Part shown: positions 40,289 through 53,028 of the stretch, one piece after another
Numbering within the stretch: position 1 is the stretch's first letter
Layout: the number at the start of each line of letters is the position of its first letter
NCBI GenBank assembly: GCA_051362555.1
Contig: CM120645.1
Span: 3,906,001-3,970,000 of the forward strand
Reading direction: 5' to 3'
Origin: Lingula anatina
Lineage: Eukaryota > Animalia > Brachiopoda
DNA length: 64,000 bases
Notes under the pieces: generated by a model
The model's input: only the letters and a program-made list of their open reading frames with translations
What the model was told of the DNA's origin: nothing
Databases searched by the model: none
Program-made: the position numbers and the translations under genes

Positions 40289-41569
40289 GTTGTGTTTTCG
40301 CACTCTGACAGGCGGAACAGTGAGCTGACCTAGAAAACGACTCTTGAATTGATAACTAGATCGAGCTCGTAAGACGAGGCAATTTGCAGAATGAGGTAGT
40401 GTTATATTATTCGCTCGAGGCAGTGCCGTGTCACAATGCGATTCTGTCAGATTTGCACGTGGAACTTAAGGGGGTGGTTTCAAAAACATCTTTAGACTTA
40501 ATGTTGGTCTTGATTTTCAGAACAAAAATTCTCGGTCTTCCTCAATTTAGGATCGATTTTTATTAGTTCAATAAAACATCTGTATAAGGTCAAGGTAAAC
40601 GAAAAATGTGGCTTAAATTCAAGTGTACATGTAGGTCTTAATTTCTTTTGCGAAACCGGTGTCATGTACGAGAAAGTCCCCCACGACAGAGAGTCCGCTT
40701 CCCATTCATTTGTACAGGTGAACCTCACCCTAGATTTTGACCCACTTAGGTCAAACTAACTCAATCCGTTATAACTATATGCTGGGCGAAATTTCTGTCA
40801 CACGGACCCTCAGTTTCGAGACACCGTCCCCTACTATCTTTTCGGCGAATTCAGATGGAATTCGTGAAAAAAAAAAAGAAAAAAATACGCCCATCAAATT
40901 ATATAATACCAGTGTAATATTAGATAAGCTATATTGTCTGTGTGACATTGAATGATGATAAAACTGCTTCTGGCAACGAGAGAAAAGACATCGCGGAGTA
41001 AGTGAATTCAGGCACGTTGTCAACATGCAGAACGTAAGTTTTTACTTGGGGATGTTAGGTTAAAGGGGGAGGGGTAAAATAATTTGTACCTTGTATATAG
41101 TCTAAAATAGTAGACGTAAAAAAATTACTGTAATATTAAAGGCATTGGGACGGAATTGGAATTAGAATTAATATTGCTTGGTGGTGCCAAGCATATTATT
41201 AAAAATTATTAATTAATTAATTAATTAATTAATTTTGAAGGGGGATAATGAGGTCTCAGATCGCGAAAGATGTCTTGTGTACTTTTGTCTGTGGATTTCT
41301 TTCTTGGGTAACAATACTGCGCGCTAACTTCAGCCGTCAAAACCTTATTGTAAATACAACCTAAAGCTATCCAGGCAGTCAGGAAAAAATACGTTCGTTT
41401 TTCAATGTGGGTTGTCAAACAGTCTGCATGGGGCATCATCATATACATGTATTTCGTTTATTTTCCCAGAATAGTTTTACGAAAGCGCTACAGGTACAAA
41501 ATAAAGCATTTTTTCTTGTCTACTTTTACCCCAAAATACTTGACTGTGTCCGACAGTTACACCAAGTTA

Positions 41570-41644
41570 CGTACGTTTGGTTATAGCACGGCAAAACACC
41601 ATACCACTGGATACTCTCCCTTATACCTGATGTTAGGAAGGTAA
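41570..41644 (+). mobile_element. Small Gypsy-type integrase remnant
   Basis: Translates FGYSTAKHHTTGYSPLYLMLGR, resembling the AYNxxxHxTTGYSPxxLxxGR motif at the end of LTR-retrotransposon integrase cores. Confidence 0.55.
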
Positions 41645-42213
41645 GACACCATGCACCGGCAAAATCGCAATGAAATATTACAGAATACTTTTATGGGTAA
41701 ATAGTATTTTTTTTCAAATAGGCCCTACTTAACTGTCTTGATTTGTCTTATATCCTCAGTCCAAACTATTCAAGAACAAATTTCCATTGAGTTCGAGGTT
41801 ATTTTTCAATTTCTGCGAGTGTAAACCGAAAAATTAATCTCAGAACGGAGATCCTGTGTTTTGTGTAAAAGTGATATTTCCCTCATTTGATAGTATGGGA
41901 AGGTCAGAGGTTATAGCTTCCCAAATAAATGTTGCAGATTAAAGAACCTTTAAGATCAACTAGTTTAACTGCACATCTTTAACTTCAAAATTCACAATGA
42001 GTAGAAAAAATATACATAATATATAAATGAAGAAAAACTATAAAAGCTGTGTTGTTTTTTGTTACTTTATTAAAAAATCGATATAAACTGCCTATCAGAA
42101 AATCAAAACATCGCAAAATGTGAAAATAAAACTAAAACAAAAGCAAATTATTTCTTTAAAACTAGTATATCTCTATATCTATTTATTCATATAATTTTTT
42201 CTGTGTAAACTGT

Positions 42214-42395
42214 ATAGGACATGCGTTCCTAAAATTTTAGAAATACACGTCCAAATAGGACCTGCACTTCTACACGTAGGACTTGCATTACTTGGAAGCC
42301 TTCGTCCTACGGACATTGAATCCTATTAACGTATGCCCTAGGACTGCCATTCCTAGAAATGCATGCCCTAGGACTTGCATTCCCAGGACGTGCGC
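42214..42395. repeat. Degenerate minisatellite (TAGGACTTGCATTCCTAG-like units, ~20-40 bp)
   Basis: About six imperfect units starting TAGGAC, upstream of copy F. Confidence 0.65.
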
Positions 42396-42704
42396 TCCTG
42401 CCACATCGGCACGGAATAGAGTTACTGATGTAAGCTACATGTAATTGCTGTTTCAGGCACGTACAATTCAAACAAATAAACAGTTAAACCTTAATATGAT
42501 TGTGTTCCTACAATATCTATAGGACGTCAACTCGTGATATGAGTTAAAAAAACGTACTGATTCTTTACTCTGACTTTAAAGTCAAAATATCAATACTTTA
42601 TTTCTTTATTGTGCATTTAACCTACTTTGGGTGACCTAATATACTGCAGGAACTGCGCTTTCATGATAACAGCTAACTGCAGCATTTAGTATGATTAGAA
42701 CAAA

Positions 42705-43510
42705 ATGGCCGAGAAGCAAGCATGTTTTGGGGGTGAGACTTTGATATATTGGGCATGCTGGTTTAGTTCTGATAACGTGTGAATACAGCACTTTATATAA
42801 GAATATATAAGGATATAAGAAGTTGCATATTTGTAAGGGTTGTGTTGTTTTGCTGTGTTTTCATCTATTTGAATGGTAGTAACCCAGTAGTAGCAGTGCT
42901 ACTAGCATAGGTATTATTGAGAGGGGCATTAAAACTTTATTTTTGGAATTAAAAGCATGGCAGATTTAATAATTACCATCGTTATGGTCCTCGGGCCAGT
43001 TTATCGTGATTTCAAACGCTATCCACTGTGAGCTGACAGATCCAAGGGTTTCCTTTATGTGTGGAAGTATTGTAGACCTACTGTAGAAGAATATACTGGT
43101 ACCTTTACCTGTAGTTTGACAGGTTACAACAACACATTCTCATGTATTGGCAACACTTTAAAAGTATGATATGGTCAAGCAATTTCGGAAGAGCAGACAT
43201 GATTGGCTTATCTACGGAAATACGCGTATGTCATCAATGAAGAATTTTAACTGTGAAGCACGTGTCAATAAAATAATCACCTACTTGATGGTGCTTTTTT
43301 CATTAAGTATATATTTATATACAAGAAGTCTTAAGATGTCTAAAACTTGTTTTAGTTCCCGATGGGTATGCCAAGGCCTCGGCTTTCCACCCGCCCAACA
43401 TAAAACAGCTGAGGAAGATCGCAGGGGACTTGAGACTTGAACTGTCAGAGGAAGAGCTCACTGCATATAGAGGTACATGTACATGTACTGCATAACCACA
43501 TGCATCCGAC

Positions 43511-43548
<38 letters not shown>

Positions 43549-46262
43549 AAATTGTCGGAGTAGAATTAGTTTAGTTAAGTAATCTGTTACTTTTCGAATT
43601 TTATTTTCACATACGCGCGGGTTGGACAATTAAAAAATGACAAACATGGCTGCGTGTGCAACACCAGATATTTGAGAATATAGGCCAACGAACTACGCTG
43701 ATCACAGGTCCCTTTATAGCACAATTGACCATTTCTTGGAAATTTTGATACTTTTTTTATTCATTACCAAGTGAAGATAAACTAGTGCCATGTCGTCAAT
43801 TGTTCACAGACTTGTAGTCTGTCAGTCTCTTCCATAATACAAATAGAGACTCGTCACGGTAATCATAATACATTTAGTTATATTAATAATTTTTGAAAAG
43901 TGGGTGTATATTTCGTGATTTCCCCAAGGCAACATTTAGCACAAGAAAGCAAGCAAACAAACAAACAAACAAACAAACAAACACACACAAAATATGGATT
44001 ATGTCTGAGCACATTGTTTATGAACTTTTAGGGCCGTTTTTTCATAAATCTGTCACCTTTCCACTGATCTACCTATCTATCCACTTTTACTATGGTCGTA
44101 ATTCTGTACCTTCCGTCTTTTTCTTATTAAATATACGTTTACTTGCCAAATACGCTATTTGACATCGGTGCCTTTTTTTTCAGAGTGCTTGCTCCCGCTG
44201 GAAGAGGATTACGGTATACTAGATGAACTGCCAGAACCAACGCTGCCTGTTAAGTACCCTCGAACTCCCGGATGGCGTCCTAAGCCAGAAGACAACCCTT
44301 TTAATAGCTGGTAAATATTCTCAGGAACGCTCAGTTTACTCTATCTTAAATAAGTGTTTAGTTTGAATACAAGATGTGCGATGTTTCATCATATGAAGTC
44401 GTCCAACATTTGCATACGCCAATTGCAAATTTATGTCTACCATTCGCCATATTTTATTTTTTTTAATCAACCTTCTTTAACAGATTTTCGGCTTGTATCG
44501 AATAAAATATTATTAGGTACTGGCGTACGGATATTCAAGGTGCCCCCTCTGGGAAGTTGGCTGGGAAAACCCTGGGTATCAAAGACAACACGGCGGTGGC
44601 TGGGGTACCTATGATGAACGGGTCCAGGGTGTTGGAGGGCTACACGCCAGAGTTTGATGCCACTGTGGTCACCAGGATACTGGACGCAGGTATGCGATTT
44701 ACTTTTATCAGATCAAGTATCAGACTTTATAAAAAAGGCCAGCCTTCTGTAATCCATACCCAAAATTTGTAAGAAAATAAATTTTTTTTTTTTTAAATCA
44801 ATGAAATTTGACAGCAGGTTCAGAGAAGAATTATTTCAATCATACATTTTTCTTCACATTTCAGGAGGACGGATTCTTGGAAAAGCTGCAAACGAAGACC
44901 TATGCTTCAGTGGAAGTAGTTTCACCAACTGCAAGATGCCTGTTTTGAATCCATATGATACAACACGTACAACCGGTGGTTCTAGTTCTGGAAGTGCAGC
45001 TCTGGTAAGCAGGACGATTTTAATTAGCATTTAAAATTATTTAAGTTAAACTTAATCGGATCCGAGGATCTACGTGGTTCAATAAATTCAGTGGAATATC
45101 TATAGGTTTAGGTTTACGGCCATTAGAGCAATACATATATATTTCACTCGCGCAATTTTTGTTTCCAAGATATGAAAAAGAAAGCATACATGATGCCAAT
45201 TTCTGCAATATCTTTTAGTCTCAGTAACTGATCACGATGTCTCTAAAAAGGTCGCCGGAGGTCAGATTGACATGGCTCTTGGTGGCGCCCAAGGTGGATC
45301 CATACATATGCCTGCCGCGTGGTGTGGTATTGTGGGGTTAAAACCCACGTGGGGGTTGGTTCTGTACACCGGTGCGTCCACCGTAGGCCTACAGCCCTTC
45401 CTGGACCATCTTGGACCCATGACAAGAACAGTGGAAGATTGCGCCCTGCTGTTAGAGGTAAATAGAGATTATATTCCTTGTTTTAATATATTATCGGTCA
45501 AAAGGTTTCTAAACTGTATTTTACATTGATCATTTTGTAAATAGAACAAGCAAGGAAATCAAATGGGGTAAAACGCGTGTAGGCCTAATTACTGATGCAC
45601 TCAGTTTTCGAAGTTACATGTAGCATGTCCTGTGAATATGTAGTCATTATTTCGTATATTTTTAGTAATCATATAAACCATAACTGTTCTTTCTTTTGCC
45701 TCAATTCAGGTGATCGCTGGATACGATGACGGCCTTGACCCCAGACAGCCGCCAAACATCGTGGTGCCAGAGTATTCAAAACTGGTACGTGACGTTGCAT
45801 GTTATGCAAAGTATCTATATCTGGAGTTATACCATGTTACACTTCTCACAAGGCTTATCCACATTAAATTTACACAGCTTACACTGGATAGAAATGCAAT
45901 ACGTTGTCTTCGAATGAAATTCAAACATATTTTTGTAACATTTTCTTCTCAGTTTTCTTGTAAGTAGGGTCCCTACATGTATGGTATTTAGAAATGGCAT
46001 TAGAAATTTTAACATTTGTTTATTGAAATAGACATAGATCTTTCCAAACTAAAAAAAATCACGCTAGCGAGATGATTTATTTATTTGATCTTAATCCTCC
46101 TCTAGTTGACTGCAGACTTGACTGGAATGAAAGTGGGTTTGGTAAAAGAAGGCTTTGATAAATGCGACTAAGACATAGATTCCACCATTCGGGCCTCCAT
46201 GCAGTGGTTTGAGGCAGCCGGTGCCACTGTGGAAGAAACCAGTATTCCCATGCATATTACTG
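42705..46262 (+). pseudogene. Inverted, 3'-truncated amidase pseudogene, copy F (exons 1-8 only)
   Basis: Exons 42705-42732 (MAEKQACFG), 43356-43472, 44184-44310, 44517-44689, 44865-45004, 45251-45457, 45710-45784, 46106-46262. There is an in-frame TAA at 46169-46171. The signature is degraded to [11 protein letters not shown] (D>A, R>H). No exons 9-11 were found downstream. Confidence 0.88.
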
Positions 46263-46498
46263 GTAAGATGTGCTCTGTATGTGAAACAGGGTGTATTAAG
46301 GTAAAGCTGGAAAAAGCTAGTAACACTTTTTAGAATAAATACTCAGGCAGATGGTTGTAAAACGCAACAGCTCCTACAACATCATCGCCTTCACACATTA
46401 CGCGCCATGATTACATTTAAAATACCTGCATGTAAAAATCATGTATAAATCAGAGAAGAATTTCACCAAGGTTACGGAGTCTGCTGTTACAGTGCATG

Positions 46499-47162
46499 TG
46501 TAACGGGGCCGGTGCGGTTGTTTGGCGTGTGCGCGGAGGTTCGTAAGAAGGACACAACAGTCTAAGATAGGTTTCCCTATTAATACAGTTTATTACTTTA
46601 ACCCGTTACATATACAGGGACATCTAGCTCAGGTAGGCACAGCGCTACGGTAAGACAGTGACCCAATCGTTCCCTCGATCTAGGCTCTGATTGATCCGGC
46701 CGTCCTCAGTCTCCCTCTCGTGCTCTCGGCGTTGCTGGTCACTCTGGGATCGGTCTAGCGTTCGTCCCCTGGTGTAGAAATCGGGACGCCCTTTATACTG
46801 AATTTTGAGGGTGAGGTCACTGTTTACCGTGCCTGATGGTGACAGGATAATTCTCTTTATATAAACAGTTACTAGTTATACTGGCTACTTGGCCTTAAAC
46901 TTCTATTCTATATTACGCTCGTTGATAAAACAATACTTTCACCTGTAATTGATGATTAATAAACATAATACTGGGCACTTAATATAATATATGTGCGGCC
47001 CTTCGAATGTATAACCTTATAAGGCTCGATGGTCACATTTGCATCTCCAGTTAAGGTAGCACCGTCCAACACCGACTTTCAAGATAGCTTAAGATTTCTC
47101 TGTACCTTTGAGAGATTAAAGGATAATCACTTGGAATTGCTCTTGCTACCAACTGCGTTACA
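46499..47162 (-). mobile_element. Solo LTR, Gypsy-like
   Basis: TGTAACG...CGTTACA termini and a 4-bp TSD CATG. On the minus strand a TATAAA (near 46795) precedes an AATAAA (near 46590). No internal ORFs. Confidence 0.85.
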
Positions 47163-47375
47163 CATGTGCCAACTTATTGCTATATACATAAAGCCCCCGT
47201 ATCTGTAATACATTGACAGACCTCAACTACTTCCTTGATTATTCATGTAGAAAATAGCACATTTAGACATTATTCAATATCTAGTAGTAAACTACACGTA
47301 TTGTCTAGTACGTATCTTTCTGCGATTGGTTACTTTGATCACAGCTTGCGTTATACAATATGCTGTAAATTCTAG

Positions 47376-47492
47376 CAAATATCAGACGACAATGAAAGGC
47401 CCATTCTCTCGTACCGCAATTTCCACTCCAACTGGAACCAGGCCGTGGTATTGATCGGATTCAACCTGTTAGGTGAAACCCAAGGTTTTCAG
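47376..47492 (+). pseudogene. Orphan duplicated exon of the neighbouring secreted-protein gene (copy of 63858-63974) with flanking intron sequence
   Basis: Encodes QISDDNERPILSYRNFHSNWNQAVVLIGFNLLGETQGFQ. It has 6 differences in 117 nt from 63858-63974 and retains AG and GT. Intron homology runs from about 46463 to at least 47518 (matching ~63602-64000), interrupted by a solo LTR. Confidence 0.9.
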
Positions 47493-49096
47493 GTACGTCA
47501 TTTTTCAGCTAATCCCGGTTCATCCCTTGTCCAATCAATGACCTCTGCTTTAGTCAATGATCCAATCAATGCCTAAAATACAAGATCGTCCGAAAGTCCC
47601 CAAATGCACACGTAGGCGTAGCCTACATGTAGGATAGGCAGGGTGAGGTTTTGATGATTGATAAAGGCTTATCAGAAAGACTTATCAGCAAGCAGTAAAG
47701 GATAAAATGAAATAAGAAGTTTGGATTGTTGCAGTTTTATTTACGTACATTCTGTAATAGAATATTTAAAACATTGTGTACACAAACAATAAAAATTTAA
47801 AATATTTTTAACAGACTTCCTGATAATGATGAAAATACATGTTACAAAAATAATAATTTATTCAACTTTAAACGGGAAATGTTAGAACATGTTATAAATT
47901 GTTTGAGAAAATTTTAAAATAGGCTATAACGACAAATTTACATTCCTCATATTATACGTGTGCTTAGTAATTGGTTTTCTGTTTTTATTTCAAATTATTA
48001 GAAGGGCAGGATTATCCCTTTTGACAAAAGTCTTTTAAATATTCTTTTCGAAGTCCTTGGATTTTTGTTGTCGGCAAACAACAGAAATTTTAAAAGATCA
48101 TCAACGTAGATTTTGGTTGTAAATGGGATTTTCTTGTCGTAGTTTAACCTGAACCCTACAGCCAAGGATGCCGGCAGAAAAAGAGCGAGATAAATGGCCA
48201 GGATTCGGACAGTCATTCTTGTTAAAGATGTCGATTCCCTTAGCGAAATCTTCAGATGCTGGACCATCAGATGGAGCAAAAGGTTTAGGTGAATTCCACT
48301 CTGCAGCCACCACCGTCGGCGATGGTACCGAATAACGTTTTGGTGTCGGTTTTGGAAACCGTTGTACACTGATTTCACGGCGCCGTGGATTTTGGCGATT
48401 AGTTTCCTCTGGGCACCATGCGGCCACTGCGATGGAGCATCTGCTAATGCTGGGTCCGCTGACAATTTCTGAAAGCATTGGAAGTGTGCCATATATTATA
48501 AGTGGTATATTCACGTTAAATTAAAATGCATGCTAGCTGAAGTCAATCTGACATGCTTGAAAATTTAGCGTTCCATTGCCTTCACTTCAAATAGTAAACA
48601 ACCACATTTATTCAAACCAAAGAAGTAGAGAAAATCTACTTCTATGTTCAAACTAATAGCGCGTCTTGACTTCCTAATAAACACCGATCGAACAAGGATG
48701 TTTCTACTCACCTAAGCTCGGTTTGTTCTTTGTTGAGATTAGCGCCATTACAAACATGAAAGCAATGATGGCACTTGTAATACTGGCATACACAAATTTT
48801 CGACAATGTCTGTCGTCTGCTGCGATTCGTAGTCCTCACGCATGCGTGGATCGTGCTCGGAACTCTTCTGTGAAGAAGGTAATATCGTTCAAACTGTGAA
48901 AGCACGCTTTTGTGTAGATCTACAAACGCTTTATTTTTCGACGCGATGCCGCTCCCTGCAGCCTTGGCTCTGGGCTGAAGAAAAGGGGGATCATTCAGAA
49001 AGAAAAAGGCGAACCAGGTTTGGATTTAGTCGCCCCTTCTAACACTTGTTAAATTCGCGTCATTTCAAGCACTGCTTAGAGACTAAGAGAGAAGCC

Positions 49097-49132
<36 letters not shown>

Positions 49133-49199
49133 AGAATTATCGGAATTATTAGACTTTAATGAGCTGTCGTGTTCTCTAATGAACCCGAAAATCATTTAA

Positions 49200-50550
49200 A
49201 ATTGCTCTTCGGATGTTAATTTTTTGGAAGTTATGCTGTTTTTTCACTATTTTCAGCATATATGCAACACGATAAGAGAAAAACTGTTTTACCTTTTAGC
49301 TTGAAACTTACAAAACTGATGAATACTCATAATACGCAGGTCAAGTTCGAAAATCAGCATGATCAGGCCATTTTTATAAAAGTTTGCTGTTTTTTTTTTC
49401 ACTTTTTTCAGCATATATGCAACACCTATAACACATTTTAAGGGAAATCGATTGGCCAATTGTCTTGAAATTCACAGGAGTTATCAATGTTACTGAAATA
49501 CAGATTAAGTTTTGAAAATAAGCTTGATCAGTTAAGTTTTGGTGAAGTTATGCCTTTTTTTTGTATACAAATGTTTTTTTTTCCTCAAATTTAATTTTCA
49601 GGCGTCTCATTTTTGAACTAATTAGATATGTAAAGTTGTTCTTTTGACATTTTCTGCATCTGAACAATATTGTTTGTTGATTATATAAAAATGATGGTAA
49701 ACCTGTTATTGTCACCGTGTATTGTGTAATAAAGTGTCAAAAATGGGAAAAAAACTCAAATCTTTACAGTTTGTCAAATTTAATCATTCACTATGTTCAG
49801 AATCTCAGAATGGAGCAAATTGGACATTTAAAATTGTCTTATTGATATTTTTCTTATGTCAGCAATTTTTTTAGTTGATCATTTAAAAATGACAGTAAAT
49901 TGATTATTTTGTTTTATGTAAAAAAGTGTTGAAAATGGAAAGAAAATCATTTCAGTGCAGTTATCACTTATTTACTTTTTGGCATTTTGAAGGTGTGACT
50001 CTGAACTTCCATGGCCTTGAAGACCTTTCCATGTCACATTTTCTGTATATCCATGATACTTTTATTTTATTATTAACAACCATATTTTGGGCACTGCCTC
50101 CATAGTGACCATTAAAGGAAAACCACATCACTTACTCTTCTCAAACTTACAGATAAGTAGCATAGGGCTAAAATATAGCTTCAGTTGAAAAACCTGTCCT
50201 ATCGGTTAACTTTTCTGGTAATTATATAGTCTTGTGTTAGAATTTTCGCATATCGACATTTTCAGGGTGTGACTTTGAACTTCCAATGGCTTAAAGACCT
50301 TTGCTAATCACGTTTTCTGAATATCCATGATACTTCTACTTTATTATAACAGAATATGTTATATTTCTATGAGTTGTTTACAATGTCTTTATTGTGAAAT
50401 ATAGATCTCATACAAAGAGTTATTATCCCTTTAAGTGTTAATTGTGCTGTTATAAGCATTATTTATTATTGTATCAAAATTGACAAAATGACCAATCTTC
50501 TGCATCTTTTTAAGGTGTGACTTATGGCCCTGAAGACCTTTGCTAGTTGT
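49200..50550. repeat. AT-rich repeat with internal imperfect direct repeats (possible Helitron/Helentron-type relic)
   Basis: Blocks GGTGTGACT(C/T)TGAACTTCC...AAGACCTTT recur at ~49990, ~50265 and ~50514. TTTTCAGCATATATGCAACAC recurs at ~49250 and ~49405. The class assignment is inference. Confidence 0.5.
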
Positions 50551-52117
50551 AAATTGTAAAGAATATTAAGCAAAATTAAAAGACGTACTGGTATATTTCA
50601 CAGATTTTACTTGATTTCTATTTCATGTCTACTGAAAAGAATTAACTGTGTATCAAACTTATGAGTATATTTGTGCATTAAATTCTAGGGCTTTGTTACA
50701 TGTGACAACTGAGCCTGTAAGCAGCTTCATTAGAAATTCCTTACCCAGAATCAAAGGTATGGAACACACATGGCATTTTAGGGGATGTTACTTGTGCCAG
50801 TTTTTTATATTTTAGTTTTATATTCACTATGCAGATTTATGTGTGTTTACAATGAAGTCAAAGTTAACAAACTAGCTTTATGTGAATTTGTAACACACTG
50901 TGCTTCAATTTTCAAGACTTACATATTACACAGAACACTTGTAACTAAAAGTACTTTAGGAAAAACCAGGAAAACTTTGCGCTCCATTTTGTTTTTCATG
51001 TTGCTTTGCAAGGGGGCGTGCCAGACAATTAAGCTGATTACAATGACTGAGCCTTAGTGTGATACTCCGTTGAGATAGATTGATCCTGCTATGATAGTTT
51101 CTATTCTGAACACAGTAAGCCTCTGTTGTTGTAAAGCATTTATTGATGTATAATGTTTATTTTTCAGATTTTACATCCTGGATGCGAACCTTGACCTGGA
51201 CAATCTTACAGACAATAATAGAAGAGTCACCTGAAATTGCACGGGCAAATTCATCAGATTCAGATGTGAGCACCAACTCTGTAATGCCTGGAACACTTCC
51301 ACAGAGAAGAAAAAAGGTTTACCTTTTCTCATTTGTTTCTTTTTCTATCATGAAATTCTGGTAGCTACAATCATGCATATTTGATTTCATTTTCAATCAT
51401 TGTTTTTACTTATGCAATTTGTTTGATCAGTATATTATTTAGTCATTGTTTTTTACAGCAATTAACATAAGTTTAAAATATGTTTAACACATTTTCTTTT
51501 GACAGCCTGTTGAGATTGCCCTGCCATCTTTGGGTAGATGCAGTAGTGGATGTTCTGGCGAACTGAGCTATGTTGGGACAATCCCCCATAACAAATGTGC
51601 ATCTTGGGCTTGGCAGTCTCAATCAGTTTTGTAGGAAAGGAGGATTGGCACCAGTGGATTGACAAATATTATATTGACAATTGACAGTTCAGTCTCACTA
51701 ACCTATAGTGGCATGTTGCTTCAAGTTACCACACTTATTCTAAGATTGCTGAATTATCATTACTGTCTTAGGAGACCCTAGATCTCTCAACCAGAAGAAG
51801 AAACTTCGGGATCAATCAGTTATAAGATTAAAATCTCTGGAACACTACCCATCACTGTTGTGTTCAGTATATGGAAAAGATGACCGTGATATTGGAACCT
51901 TGGAGATTCATAGCTTGATTTCACTCCTGTGAAAAGTAACTGCTTTGTTCTTTACTGTCCATTTATAATAATAAAGCACTCCTGTCATTGTATGTTGCTG
52001 ACTCTGTTTTAATTTTCTTTATAGAAAAAGAATATAGATATCAAGATATCACATGTATTTACAAAACCTATGGATCATTCAAAAGGCAAAAATATGGTTG
52101 AAAAAATGCAATATATA

Positions 52118-52672
52118 CTGACAGTCAATGAAAACTTATCTGAAAACTTTGTTCTTTTGTACTCTAATACTTTTACCGAGAATCGATTCCAACCATATAA
52201 ACGAGTACAAATGCACTTGTTTGGTCATAAGAGAGTGGGCTGACCACTCGGATGTTTAAAATTTCAGATTTTGTGATCAGCTGATTTTGTTATCAGCTGT
52301 TAAAATATCGTGTGTTTTTCCTGATTTGTTGTTAATTAATCAGGTTCAATATATGGTGATTAATTAAGCCTATTTAAGGTAGTCACCAAATTCAGTATGA
52401 CACATGACAAAAAAGTTCTGTGATGCCACGTCTGACACTGGAAGAGTGACTGCGGGCCCTGGGGATGCTGGAGGCTGGGCGGAACCAAAGAGATTTGATC
52501 ATGTGACCTTGCATTTTAATAATCTTATTTTAATGATCTTTTCTGACCTTTATTTTACGTTGTGTGACTGAATAATGTGTCATATTTCACATGAAAACTT
52601 ATTTTCTTAATGTGCCAAAGGAACTTAAAATATCATTTGATAAAAAAATGATGCCTTTTCATTGACTGTCAG
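52118..52672. mobile_element. Tc1/mariner-type non-autonomous element
   Basis: TIR CTGACAGTCAATGAAAA / TTTTCATTGACTGTCAG, flanked by TA on both sides. Confidence 0.75.
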
Positions 52673-53028
52673 TATAAATCATTTCAAGTGGATTTAATTG
52701 GTGTTGCATTTGAGAAAACTGATAAAATGAGACGGCCATTAATTTTAACCTTTAGAAAATCCATTTTTGATTCTAGTCCTTAGTCGATCTTGGTTTATGT
52801 AGTGCAGAAGCCCGCGTAAAAGCAGCACAGCTACATGTATATTGTACAACCAGAGAAGTACATGACCCATTTTTATTATATAGTTGGATTGCCTGTAAGC
52901 GGATCCCCAATGCCCTCGATTTAATATTCATATGTATGAGTATTTCAAATAGTCTTCTTACTGAGGGGAATATCTATAAATGTTACTTTACAATCGACAT
53001 ACTTTAAAGAGCTTGAGAGAACACGTCA

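Noticed and set aside
42214-42395. Spaced TAGGAC repeats as a CRISPR-like array
   Set aside because: Units are degenerate and irregular, with no unique spacers and no cas genes, in a eukaryotic context; this is a minisatellite.
51143-51920. Exon-like segments with AG/GT boundaries
   Set aside because: I could not build a consistent open reading frame or recognise any homology; left unannotated.
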